Below, piece by piece: positions 6,079 through 13,525 of a stretch of 13,585 bases of DNA. Under the pieces are notes generated by a model. That model was not told the origin of the DNA. It worked only from the letters and a program-made list of their open reading frames with translations, and made no database searches. A program made the translations under genes and the position numbers. The stretch comes from Bdellovibrionia bacterium (lineage in GTDB: Bacteria > Bdellovibrionota > UBA1018). The DNA lies in the NCBI GenBank assembly GCA_049424145.1, contig JBMSSC010000073.1, positions 1 through 13,585 of the forward strand. The letters are read 5' to 3'. Numbering within the stretch: the stretch's first letter is position 1; each line of letters starts with the position of its first letter.

Positions 6079-8838
6079 ATGAAAATGAAAAAAATAAATA
6101 TTAGTAATTTATTTTTTCTATCTATTTTTTTACTTTCATCTCCCCGTTGTTTGGCTGAAGTGAGTCATTACGAATTCAAAGGGGTCCATTCGCTTCTTCA
6201 TCCTGATTTTGAGTTTCTATCCCCTCTGCATGGACTAAGACTTCTTCAGACGCGTGAGCTCGAAAATCGTAGGTTTTTTGGAAACTATGGAGCAGCTCGA
6301 GAGGAAACCGCATGTGGGAGCGTTTCAGGCTCTCGTTTAAGGCGCTTATTTGTTGAAAATCAAGACTGTCCTCAGGATCGGATGAGTGAGTGGATTCAGC
6401 GTCTTTTTCCCTCGCCCGATGGACTCAGCCTAGTGGCCAATCACGTAGCCTCAGATCCGATCTCTGAGCTCAACTCTGAGACCCTAGGGCAGCTTTTAGG
6501 GATGCTCACTTTGGGTCTAAAGGAGCGTCCACTCACCGAGCGCATCCAAGATCTTTTGTATCAGGGCATTCACCCCAAGCGTTATTATGGTGGGTTGAAT
6601 TTAAAAAAGCAGAGGCTTGAGAAAACCCTTCTTAAGCGCCTGCAAGGATGCAAAGACCCCCTGCGAATTCATGAGCTTCATTGTGAAATTGCTCGGTTAG
6701 GAAATTTGCTCGAAGCCTCAAAGACTGAGCACGTAGGCAAACGGTCCGAAGCCAAGGCCCGAGAAAAAGAGTTTCATCAGCTGGCTCAGCTTTTCGTAGG
6801 TGCTCTTGAAGAACAGCGCTTAGGCCTTTACCCTCCTCATTTTCTGGAGCAATCGCTGCTGGCTTTTTTTTGGAAAAAAAGTCAGAGCAAGCATGATTTT
6901 TTGGAGCTTTTTTCAGGCATGCATCAACAGAATCCCAGAATCCTATCGGACCCAAGCGTGATCCAAGCACACTCCGCTCGACAGATCCAATTTCTCGCTT
7001 CCCGCTATCAGCCTCAAGACTTGAATCGGAACCTCCTCGCTCAGAACTCGGCGAGTCGAGCGCGAGAGCTTTTTTCTGATCCTGAAAAAATGGCCTTTTT
7101 TTTGATGGAAGATCAGATGCAGGATCGAAAGCTTCCTTCTTTGATTTCTTATGAAACCGCTCGCCATCCCAGTCTGAAAGGCCTCACTTACGCCGATTGT
7201 GGGGAGTCGAGCTTGAGAAATTTTTTGAACCTCGTTTTCTATGCCCCTGAGACAGGACGGTTTGATCCCGCAGCCATAGCTCAGCAGAAGAAAAATGAGC
7301 TGAGCTTTCATCCGAATCTCTTGAAGTTTTATCGGAAGTACCCGTTACCGGCTTTATCCAAGAGCCAAGAAAGCCGAGATGAGTGGAGTGAGCTGGTCTC
7401 ATCGAGTCAGCCGGGTGTGAAGTACTTAAAACCCTTCTCCACTCCTCAGTGTGAGATGGACTCAGGGATCGATAATATGATGAGGCTTTTAGAGAACCTG
7501 GTTTTCTATGATCAACCAGAGAACCCTCTGAGCCAAGCCCGATCTCGAAAGGAAAAGTGGGTCGTTCTGTGTCGCGCTCTCTCCCGAGAGGGGCTGAAGC
7601 TGCAGTGTATTCCACAAGCCTCCGGCGCCTTGGATATTCCCAACGTTGGCCTTAGCATTGAGCTCATCGTGAATGAAACAGACCCCTTCATCTGGGAGTT
7701 CCTCCAGGGGCACTTTATATTTCAAAAAAAAAATCACACGGATGACTCGGATTGGAAAATTGCTTTTGTGGATCGCTTGATTCAAGAGTTGCGGGGAAAT
7801 TCCTCCTCTTCAGTTGGCCCGTGGTTGACTTGGCTTACAACTCGCAATCATTTTCATGCTTTCAAGGAGCTGTTAACGCCTCTTGCCCACGGGACTGAAT
7901 CCCTTTTTTACTCCCTGCCGTTAACCGATTCTGAGGAGAAGCTGAAAACATTTCCCCTTTTTGACTTCCAGGATCCAAAGCAAGTGGCCCTTGCGCAGCG
8001 TTTGTTCCAGAAGCTACCCGAATCGCATTATACGACTTCTCGTGCCTTTGAACTTCTATTGAAGCAAAATATGCCGATGGAGAGCCTTCCACTGATGACC
8101 TCCAGGCAAAGGCAGCTCGCCTTGCGTGTCTTAGCGGGAGCAGGACGAGTCAGTGATCTTCAGTGGATGGAAGAACGATTCCCCGATGTGCTTGAAGAAC
8201 GAGGAGAGTTTGGGGAGACATTGGCTCATTGGGCCGCACTGAAAGGACAAGTCAAGGTTCTGCAGTGGATGGACGCGCGATTTCCCGAAGCAGTCAGACA
8301 GTCGGTGAGCGATACCTCAACCATTGCCCATATGGCAGCCCTAGGTGGCCATGTCGAGGTCTTTCAATGGATTGAACAAAACGCCCCTGAACTCCTTTAT
8401 CAGAAATACCAAGGCGATCTCAGTATTGCTCACATGGCAGCGCTGGAGGGGCGGATTGAGGCCCTGCAGTGGATCGCAGAGCAAGTGCCCGAGGTCTTTG
8501 AGCAAAAAACTCAAGATGGCTGCACCATCGCTCACATGGCAGCGCTGGAGGGGAATGTTGAGGGACTCCAGTGGATTGCCGAGATTCTACCGGAGACCCT
8601 TTTTGCAAAAAATTTCGATGGGAAAACTCCAGCTGATGTGGCTGCGGAGGCAGGTCATGCCTCATCCATTCAGATGATTGCCCAATACGCCCCCGAAGTC
8701 ATCACGCAGGGAGTCCTCCAGGCGCTCCGAAGTCATTTCATCTCGGAGGATCGGATTCGAAAAATCATTGAAGTCCGAAATCAGTTTTTTAGAAAAAAGC
8801 TGAAACAGCGAAGTTTGTGGATTCAGGAGCTGGAGTGA
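6079..8838 (+). CDS. Secreted ankyrin-repeat protein with a large uncharacterised N-terminal domain (putative Cys/His enzyme)
   Basis: Signal peptide (MKMKKINISNLFFLSIFLLSSPRCLA). N-terminal domain with YADCGESSLRNFLN (Cys374) and QGHF (His545). C-terminal repeats of the form T/S-IAHMAALEG-x-VE-x-LQW. Confidence 0.85.
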   Translation: MKMKKINISNLFFLSIFLLSSPRCLAEVSHYEFKGVHSLLHPDFEFLSPLHGLRLLQTRELENRRFFGNYGAAREETACGSVSGSRLRRLFVENQDCPQDRMSEWIQRLFPSPDGLSLVANHVASDPISELNSETLGQLLGMLTLGLKERPLTERIQDLLYQGIHPKRYYGGLNLKKQRLEKTLLKRLQGCKDPLRIHELHCEIARLGNLLEASKTEHVGKRSEAKAREKEFHQLAQLFVGALEEQRLGLYPPHFLEQSLLAFFWKKSQSKHDFLELFSGMHQQNPRILSDPSVIQAHSARQIQFLASRYQPQDLNRNLLAQNSASRARELFSDPEKMAFFLMEDQMQDRKLPSLISYETARHPSLKGLTYADCGESSLRNFLNLVFYAPETGRFDPAAIAQQKKNELSFHPNLLKFYRKYPLPALSKSQESRDEWSELVSSSQPGVKYLKPFSTPQCEMDSGIDNMMRLLENLVFYDQPENPLSQARSRKEKWVVLCRALSREGLKLQCIPQASGALDIPNVGLSIELIVNETDPFIWEFLQGHFIFQKKNHTDDSDWKIAFVDRLIQELRGNSSSSVGPWLTWLTTRNHFHAFKELLTPLAHGTESLFYSLPLTDSEEKLKTFPLFDFQDPKQVALAQRLFQKLPESHYTTSRAFELLLKQNMPMESLPLMTSRQRQLALRVLAGAGRVSDLQWMEERFPDVLEERGEFGETLAHWAALKGQVKVLQWMDARFPEAVRQSVSDTSTIAHMAALGGHVEVFQWIEQNAPELLYQKYQGDLSIAHMAALEGRIEALQWIAEQVPEVFEQKTQDGCTIAHMAALEGNVEGLQWIAEILPETLFAKNFDGKTPADVAAEAGHASSIQMIAQYAPEVITQGVLQALRSHFISEDRIRKIIEVRNQFFRKKLKQRSLWIQELE
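8119..8700 (+). repeat. Six tandem 102-bp (34-aa) ankyrin-like repeats, the last partial
   Basis: Units start at 8119, 8221, 8323, 8425, 8527 and 8629. An identical 24-mer GCTCACATGGCAGCGCTGGAGGGG occurs at 8428-8451 and 8530-8553. Confidence 0.9.
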
Positions 8839-8886
8839 GAGCCCCGGGATTCTCTAGGCGTTCTGCATTGAGTTGAGCGGAGAAGT

Positions 8887-10473
8887 CTAGGATTTGCCCA
8901 TTTGGTCCAATAGACGTTTGATGCGCGCCTGATCTGGAGTGATCAAAAGAGTCTTGTTATGCGTGTAGCTGGCCTCAGTGGAGTCTTTGATTCGCTTGAC
9001 GTATTTTTTAAACGTATAGTCCACTTCTGTTTTTCCCCAGTGCGAGCCGCCACTGTAGTGAATGGCTAAGTGGGCCGCATCGATGAGGGTTTCAAGGGGA
9101 GCGGACTTTCCCGAGGGAATGGGGATGAGCACGTGGGCACCGGGCTTGCCGCGAACGTGCATCCAAACATCGTTTCCCTTAGAGCATTGAAACGTTAGTT
9201 CTAAGTTCTCCTGACGGTCTCGTCCGACCCAGATGGCCATTCCATCGGCGGAGGTAAACGTTTTTCCAAGCCAGCTCCGATGAGAGCTTTTTTTTATTCG
9301 GCCCGATGCTCCCCGTGTGGGCAGGGAGGCTTGCTCACTCGGAAGGGAAGTCCCTCGGTGACTCGCTCGTTCGAGTTTTTCAAGTGCCCCCCAGTTACCC
9401 TCTTGGATCGGCGCGAGTGTGTAGGCTTTTAGTTCTTCGAGCGTTTGAGTGAATCGCTCGCATCGAGTGTTGGCCTCAGAAATTCTTCGCTGCTTTCGTT
9501 TGGCGTTTTGATAAAATTTTTCAACCTGTTGAGAAAGCGAGAGTTTAGGATCACAGGGAATCAATACGCTCTGTCCAGTTTCATAATCGGTGACCGAACG
9601 AGTTTTACCCATCAAAGGAGGGTTCTCGTGCAAACAGGCCTTTAATAAGTCCCCGCGCTTTTGCCAATCAGGCTCGTGGGAAGCTTCACGGGCTGCTGTC
9701 TGACTTTGCTCAATGCGCTCTTGAGCTTGTTTGATCAGAGCGTTTAAAGCCTTCAGTGCGCTTTGATGTCTTAGTTCGAAGGCTTCTTTTTTTAATTCTC
9801 TTTCAATCTCCTGTGAAAACTGGGAGATCCCCAAGTCAAGACCAAAGCGAACCGGAGGGTTCTGCGGGGCTAAGGATCGGTTGCCGCTGGGGGGAAGCTC
9901 AAAGCGCAGGTTCTCCGGTTTTTCCTCTTTCACAGTTCGGCTTCGAGCCAAGACCTTAGATCCGACCAGGGGGGGAGAGGTCGCGGGGTCGTCAAACCCC
10001 TGGGATTCTGAGAGAATGAGGAAGGCTTCAGGCACCGCAGGGATCAGAAACAGAACAAGGCCCAGGCAAGGCTGGGATGAGCGGTGGGCCGAGTCCGCTT
10101 GCGCTTCGGCTGAAAACCAAAAGACCAGGATTCTCTCCTGATGTAAGGCCTGGATCCCTAAAATCCGGGATCCTTTCAGCGCCTTAGAGAGGCTTAGGCT
10201 CAATGGTGACCAGGTGGCCTGTGAGGCTGCTTTTGGTCCTTTTCCTGGGCGGAGTGTGACATAAGGATGCCTGGGGCGAATGCTGAACAGCAAGTCAGAG
10301 GGACCCTTACGGCAGGTCAAGCGAAGGATCCACTCGCCTTTGAGGTAGCCTGAGGGAAACTCAGCGCGCTCAGGCACAAGGATTCGGTCCACGAACATGC
10401 CCTTGAGCTCGGACTCTAGGCAGTGAGCTAGGAGGGCAAGTTCTTTCCAATTTAATGTGGGCGCTAGAGCCAT
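8887..10473 (-). CDS. rqcH: NFACT-family (RqcH/FbpA/Rqc2-like) ribosome quality-control protein
   Basis: NFACT-N-like N-terminus (ERILVF), coiled coil (WQKRGDLL), M region (IPCDPKLSLSQQVEKFYQNAKRKQR), NFACT-R domain (VGRDRQENLELT, DVWMHVRGKPGAHV, AAHLAIHYS, VDYT..KYVKR). Start placed at ATG 10473 rather than TTG 10509 because of the adjacent extended -10. Confidence 0.88.
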   Translation of the reverse strand: MALAPTLNWKELALLAHCLESELKGMFVDRILVPERAEFPSGYLKGEWILRLTCRKGPSDLLFSIRPRHPYVTLRPGKGPKAASQATWSPLSLSLSKALKGSRILGIQALHQERILVFWFSAEAQADSAHRSSQPCLGLVLFLIPAVPEAFLILSESQGFDDPATSPPLVGSKVLARSRTVKEEKPENLRFELPPSGNRSLAPQNPPVRFGLDLGISQFSQEIERELKKEAFELRHQSALKALNALIKQAQERIEQSQTAAREASHEPDWQKRGDLLKACLHENPPLMGKTRSVTDYETGQSVLIPCDPKLSLSQQVEKFYQNAKRKQRRISEANTRCERFTQTLEELKAYTLAPIQEGNWGALEKLERASHRGTSLPSEQASLPTRGASGRIKKSSHRSWLGKTFTSADGMAIWVGRDRQENLELTFQCSKGNDVWMHVRGKPGAHVLIPIPSGKSAPLETLIDAAHLAIHYSGGSHWGKTEVDYTFKKYVKRIKDSTEASYTHNKTLLITPDQARIKRLLDQMGKS

Positions 10474-10480
10474 GAAGTGC

Positions 10481-10489
10481 ACCCTAGCA
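10481..10489 (-). promoter_or_regulatory. Extended -10 promoter TG-C-TAGGGT, 7 nt before the rqcH ATG
   Basis: The minus strand reads GTGCTAGGGTGCACTTC-ATG, matching TGnTANNNT-N7-ATG. Confidence 0.5.
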
Positions 10490-10505
10490 CCTTTTGGTCC
10501 TCGTT

Positions 10506-10580
10506 TCAAAAAACCAATCCATGATTCACGAGCCGTATCCCAAACGATCCTGACTGGGGTGTGCGGGGACTCCGGTTCAT
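10506..10580 (-). CDS. Possible 24-aa micro-ORF (MNRSPRTPQSGSFGIRLVNHGLVF): immunity remnant or small peptide
   Basis: SD GAGGAG (10592-10587) 6 nt before ATG 10580. The ATG overlaps (TGATG) the second in-frame stop of the upstream toxin frame. Confidence 0.3.
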   Translation of the reverse strand: MNRSPRTPQSGSFGIRLVNHGLVF

Positions 10581-10663
10581 CACTGTCTCCTCATTAATTG
10601 GTTTTGTTGCAGGGACTCATTTCTCAGGAAATTTTGCAGTTTTGGGTCCTCTACCTGCGGACG

Positions 10664-11935
10664 TTAAATTGCGTCTCTCCTCTCTTTTAAAAAGACTTCA
10701 TCAGTTGCCCGATTTTTTGCTCCCCTAGGCACGATCGATGATTCAAGGATCTGCTCGGCTGCGCGGACGGATGGCTTAAGTCCATGCTCAATAGCTCCAA
10801 TTCGGTGATTGCCTGCAGCGAGATGACCGATTTTTTCAGCTACTTTCAAAGTTCCGCAAGTGAAATTTCCGACGCCCAGAGAGGCGAGATTCACTCCTGC
10901 TAGGGTTCGATCAAAATCAGAAAGCTCGTTCCCAGTGATTAGGTTTTTTCCCGTAATGAGTTCGTAGGCATCTCGAGCCGTGGAGACCCCTGGAGCAACC
11001 GAGGTGCCGACGTCAACTAAGGTTAACGCGATCTCTCGTGCCATGTCGGCGTACTCAAGAGAGTGAGCAATTGACTCCAGATCTGAAGGACGAGTCAGCG
11101 CTTTTGCTGCGGAGGTGAGCTCATGCAGACTGAGTCCTAATGCCTCTTTGGCAATTTCATGAGCGGAGAGAAGAGTTTCCGAGGCTTTCTGCTCCGAGTA
11201 GGCGGTGGCTTGCGCAAGGTTCTCTGCTGTGCAGGCCGCCGCAATCATTTCAGGGCCGGCCTTGCGGTAATCCCATCGCGTCATGGCGCGATTGAGGGCG
11301 TTGGCCTCTTTGGGGTTAATGCTGGAGAGGTGCTCCCGGATGGTCTCCTGGATGGCTTTGGTCTTTTCAAAAAACTGTTTTTGGTTCTGAAAGGATTGAG
11401 CCAGATCTTTTAAGCAGACTTCATGAGATTTTTTTTCCTTCTCCTGTTCTTCAGTGGCTCTTTGAGTTCTCTTTTGATGCGCCTGAGATTCTTGTTCAAT
11501 TGGTTTTGCGACTTTTTTGACATCCGGCAAAGGGACACGTTCGGGTGCGATCTGATGGTGCGTTGGATTTGGATCTGCCGTTTTCTCCGAGAAAAATAAG
11601 GCTCCTCCAAATCGCGCCATCTCATCGTTCAGGTTGAGCTCTTCAACGGCGTCAGAGTGAGTCTCCTGCCTGTGTTTCCACCATTCACAGGCGATTTCGT
11701 AGTTTTTACGCCAGGAGTGAGTATCATCTAAATCATAGACTGCCGGTGGGCGAGCGGGTTTTTCACAGCTTGGGCAGTGAGATTTTCCTGGGAAGTCGCC
11801 ATTCGAGTTTGAGGAGGTGGGATAATCTTTGCCAGCAAATGCACATGGAAGGTTGCTCACCATCAGAAGAAGGTGAATGAGTGCAAGCAGGCCTATCACA
11901 GTTTTCTTGGTCTTAGTCTGAATGATTTGATTCAT
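10664..11935 (-). CDS. Secreted pre-toxin TG (PT-TG) domain protein, polymorphic-toxin-like, toxin tip apparently truncated
   Basis: Signal peptide ending AFA, CPSC motif, long helical/coiled-coil region, PT-TG signature DVGTSVAPGVSTARDAYELITGKNLITGNELSDFDRTLAGV (~11030-10870), then only about 65 aa before the stop. Confidence 0.78.
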   Translation of the reverse strand: MNQIIQTKTKKTVIGLLALIHLLLMVSNLPCAFAGKDYPTSSNSNGDFPGKSHCPSCEKPARPPAVYDLDDTHSWRKNYEIACEWWKHRQETHSDAVEELNLNDEMARFGGALFFSEKTADPNPTHHQIAPERVPLPDVKKVAKPIEQESQAHQKRTQRATEEQEKEKKSHEVCLKDLAQSFQNQKQFFEKTKAIQETIREHLSSINPKEANALNRAMTRWDYRKAGPEMIAAACTAENLAQATAYSEQKASETLLSAHEIAKEALGLSLHELTSAAKALTRPSDLESIAHSLEYADMAREIALTLVDVGTSVAPGVSTARDAYELITGKNLITGNELSDFDRTLAGVNLASLGVGNFTCGTLKVAEKIGHLAAGNHRIGAIEHGLKPSVRAAEQILESSIVPRGAKNRATDEVFLKERRDAI

Positions 11936-11961
11936 TTCGAATCGCTTTCTTGAGTTGAATG

Positions 11962-11985
11962 AAAAAAGACCCTTTGGGACAAAGG
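11962..11985 (-). terminator. Weak intrinsic-terminator-like hairpin in the leader of the PT-TG gene
   Basis: Minus strand CCTTTG-TCC-CAAAGG followed by GTC-TTTTTT, ending 26 nt before ATG 11935. Confidence 0.3.
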
Positions 11986-12192
11986 CTTAGAAATACCATT
12001 GATTTCATTGAGGTGCGAGTTCAATGGATAGGTTCTTAGGGAGATGAGGACACGATCGAGGGTGCTGTCAAACCAGAGGATCTGAATTCGAATCCGTCTT
12101 AGATGGGATCCGAAGGGAAGCGGGAGTCAGGGGAGAAAGAGGGGTGGTAAAAACGCTGCTTTTTTGATCCGCTTTCTGTTAGAACCCGTGTC

Positions 12193-13509
12193 ATGAAAAG
12201 CAGTGCAGGTGCAGTTTGGCAGATTCGAAAAGGGATGGATCGACGGTTTCGCGCGGGACATCCTTGGGTTTACTCCAATGAGTTGGTGGGGACTCCGAAA
12301 GGAGTGGAGCCTGGAAGTCTTGTCGAGCTCCGAGATGCAGCAGGTCGGTTTTTGGCCCGAGGTTTTGGTAATCCAAACTCTTTGATCTCATTCCGAGCTT
12401 TAAGTCGAGATCCTGAGGTCTTGGATCCCTCAGCTCCTGAGTCCTTGCTGAAGCGCCTTCAGGCGGCAGGGGCACTGAGGAAAAAATTAGGCCTAGGGAA
12501 AGTCAGTCATCGGCTGTGTTTTGGGGAGTCAGATTTTCTTCCTGGTCTTGTGGTGGATTGTTATCAAATGCCTTCGGGGCAGGTATTTGTCGCCCAAGCG
12601 CATACGGCCGGAGCGGATCGCTGGGTGAAGCATCTGCTTGCGGTCCTGGAGTCGATGGTGAAAAGCAGGGATGGAGGGGGGGCTCAGGCTTGGGAGAGGA
12701 CTTCCGTTGTGCTTCGAAACGATGTTTCCGTGAGGAAGCTTGAGGGGCTTGCCGTGGACGTACCGCAAGTGCTCAAGCACGCCAATGGCGTCGACTTAAG
12801 GCAGGCTGAGATTTGGGTTTTAGCTGCCACGGCCAGTGGGGGATCCACTCGGGATGAAGAAACTCGAGTTCCTTTTGAGGTGGATTTAGTGGAGGGTCAA
12901 AAAACAGGATTCTTCCTGGATCAAGCGGCCAATATTGAGCTTGCTGTCCAAAAGCTCCGAAGCTATGGGGGCTCTCGACTGAAGATTTTAGACCTCTGCT
13001 GCTACGTGGGTCAGTGGGGAACCCAGCTGGGGCGAGCGTTTGCTCAGCGCGGGATCCAAGTGGAGGTGGTGGCCGTCGATGCGTCCAAGGCGGCGTTGGA
13101 GTTGGCCAAAAAGAATATGAAAGCCCAGGGAGTGGAAGTGCAAGGGGTTCAGGGGGATGTTTTAAAAGATTTAACCCAGTTTTCAGATCAAAGCTTTGAC
13201 CTGGTGATCTCGGATCCCCCGGCATTTATCAAATCGAGAAAAGATACAGCAGTGGGAGCTCATGCCTACTTGCAGCTGGCCACGCAAGTGTTTCGGGTCT
13301 TAAAAAAAGGGGGCGGCGTCGTGAGTTGTTCGTGTTCCGCTTTATTCGAAGAAGAGGTGTTTGCTCAAACCCTGGCCAAAGCAGCCCTCAGAAATCAGCG
13401 CTCCGTCAGCTGGATTGGACGTGGGGGCCAGGCCTTGGATCACCCCGTTTTAGCGGAGTTTCCTGAGGGAAGGTACTTAAAGGCTTGGGTCGGTGTGGAT
13501 CGAGAGTAG
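12193..13509 (+). CDS. rlmI: RlmI/YccW-type SAM-dependent 23S rRNA m5C methyltransferase (PUA domain)
   Basis: PUA motif GHPWVYSNE, GESDFLPGLVVD, GQKTGFFLDQ, SAM motif ILDLCCYVG, DPPAF, catalytic SCS, DHPV...PEGRYLK. Confidence 0.92.
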   Translation: MKSSAGAVWQIRKGMDRRFRAGHPWVYSNELVGTPKGVEPGSLVELRDAAGRFLARGFGNPNSLISFRALSRDPEVLDPSAPESLLKRLQAAGALRKKLGLGKVSHRLCFGESDFLPGLVVDCYQMPSGQVFVAQAHTAGADRWVKHLLAVLESMVKSRDGGGAQAWERTSVVLRNDVSVRKLEGLAVDVPQVLKHANGVDLRQAEIWVLAATASGGSTRDEETRVPFEVDLVEGQKTGFFLDQAANIELAVQKLRSYGGSRLKILDLCCYVGQWGTQLGRAFAQRGIQVEVVAVDASKAALELAKKNMKAQGVEVQGVQGDVLKDLTQFSDQSFDLVISDPPAFIKSRKDTAVGAHAYLQLATQVFRVLKKGGGVVSCSCSALFEEEVFAQTLAKAALRNQRSVSWIGRGGQALDHPVLAEFPEGRYLKAWVGVDRE

Positions 13510-13525
13510 GAAAGGGATTGTTCAA

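Noticed and set aside
8428..8553. 24-nt direct repeat as a CRISPR array
   Set aside because: Only two exact copies, in frame at a 102-bp period inside ankyrin repeats, and no cas genes.
9319..9326. KOPS-like octamer GGGCAGGG in a window containing ftsK
   Set aside because: A single occurrence noticed is compatible with chance, and KOPS identity in this lineage is unknown.
10474..10509. Longer TTG start for rqcH (MKRGPKGARVHF extension)
   Set aside because: No SD before the TTG, and the segment contains an extended -10 suited to ATG 10473. Not fully excluded, because the TTG overlaps the mini-ORF stop.
11762..11779. CPSC as a heme-c binding site
   Set aside because: The motif is HCPSCEK, not CxxCH. 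A disulfide or metal site is more likely but cannot be determined.
1168..13225. The many short alternative-frame or antisense ORFs in the track (e.g. 2175-2453, 6632-6970, 7184-7615, 12773-13225)
   Set aside because: They lie almost wholly within well-supported genes and show no recognisable motifs. Treated as shadow ORFs.
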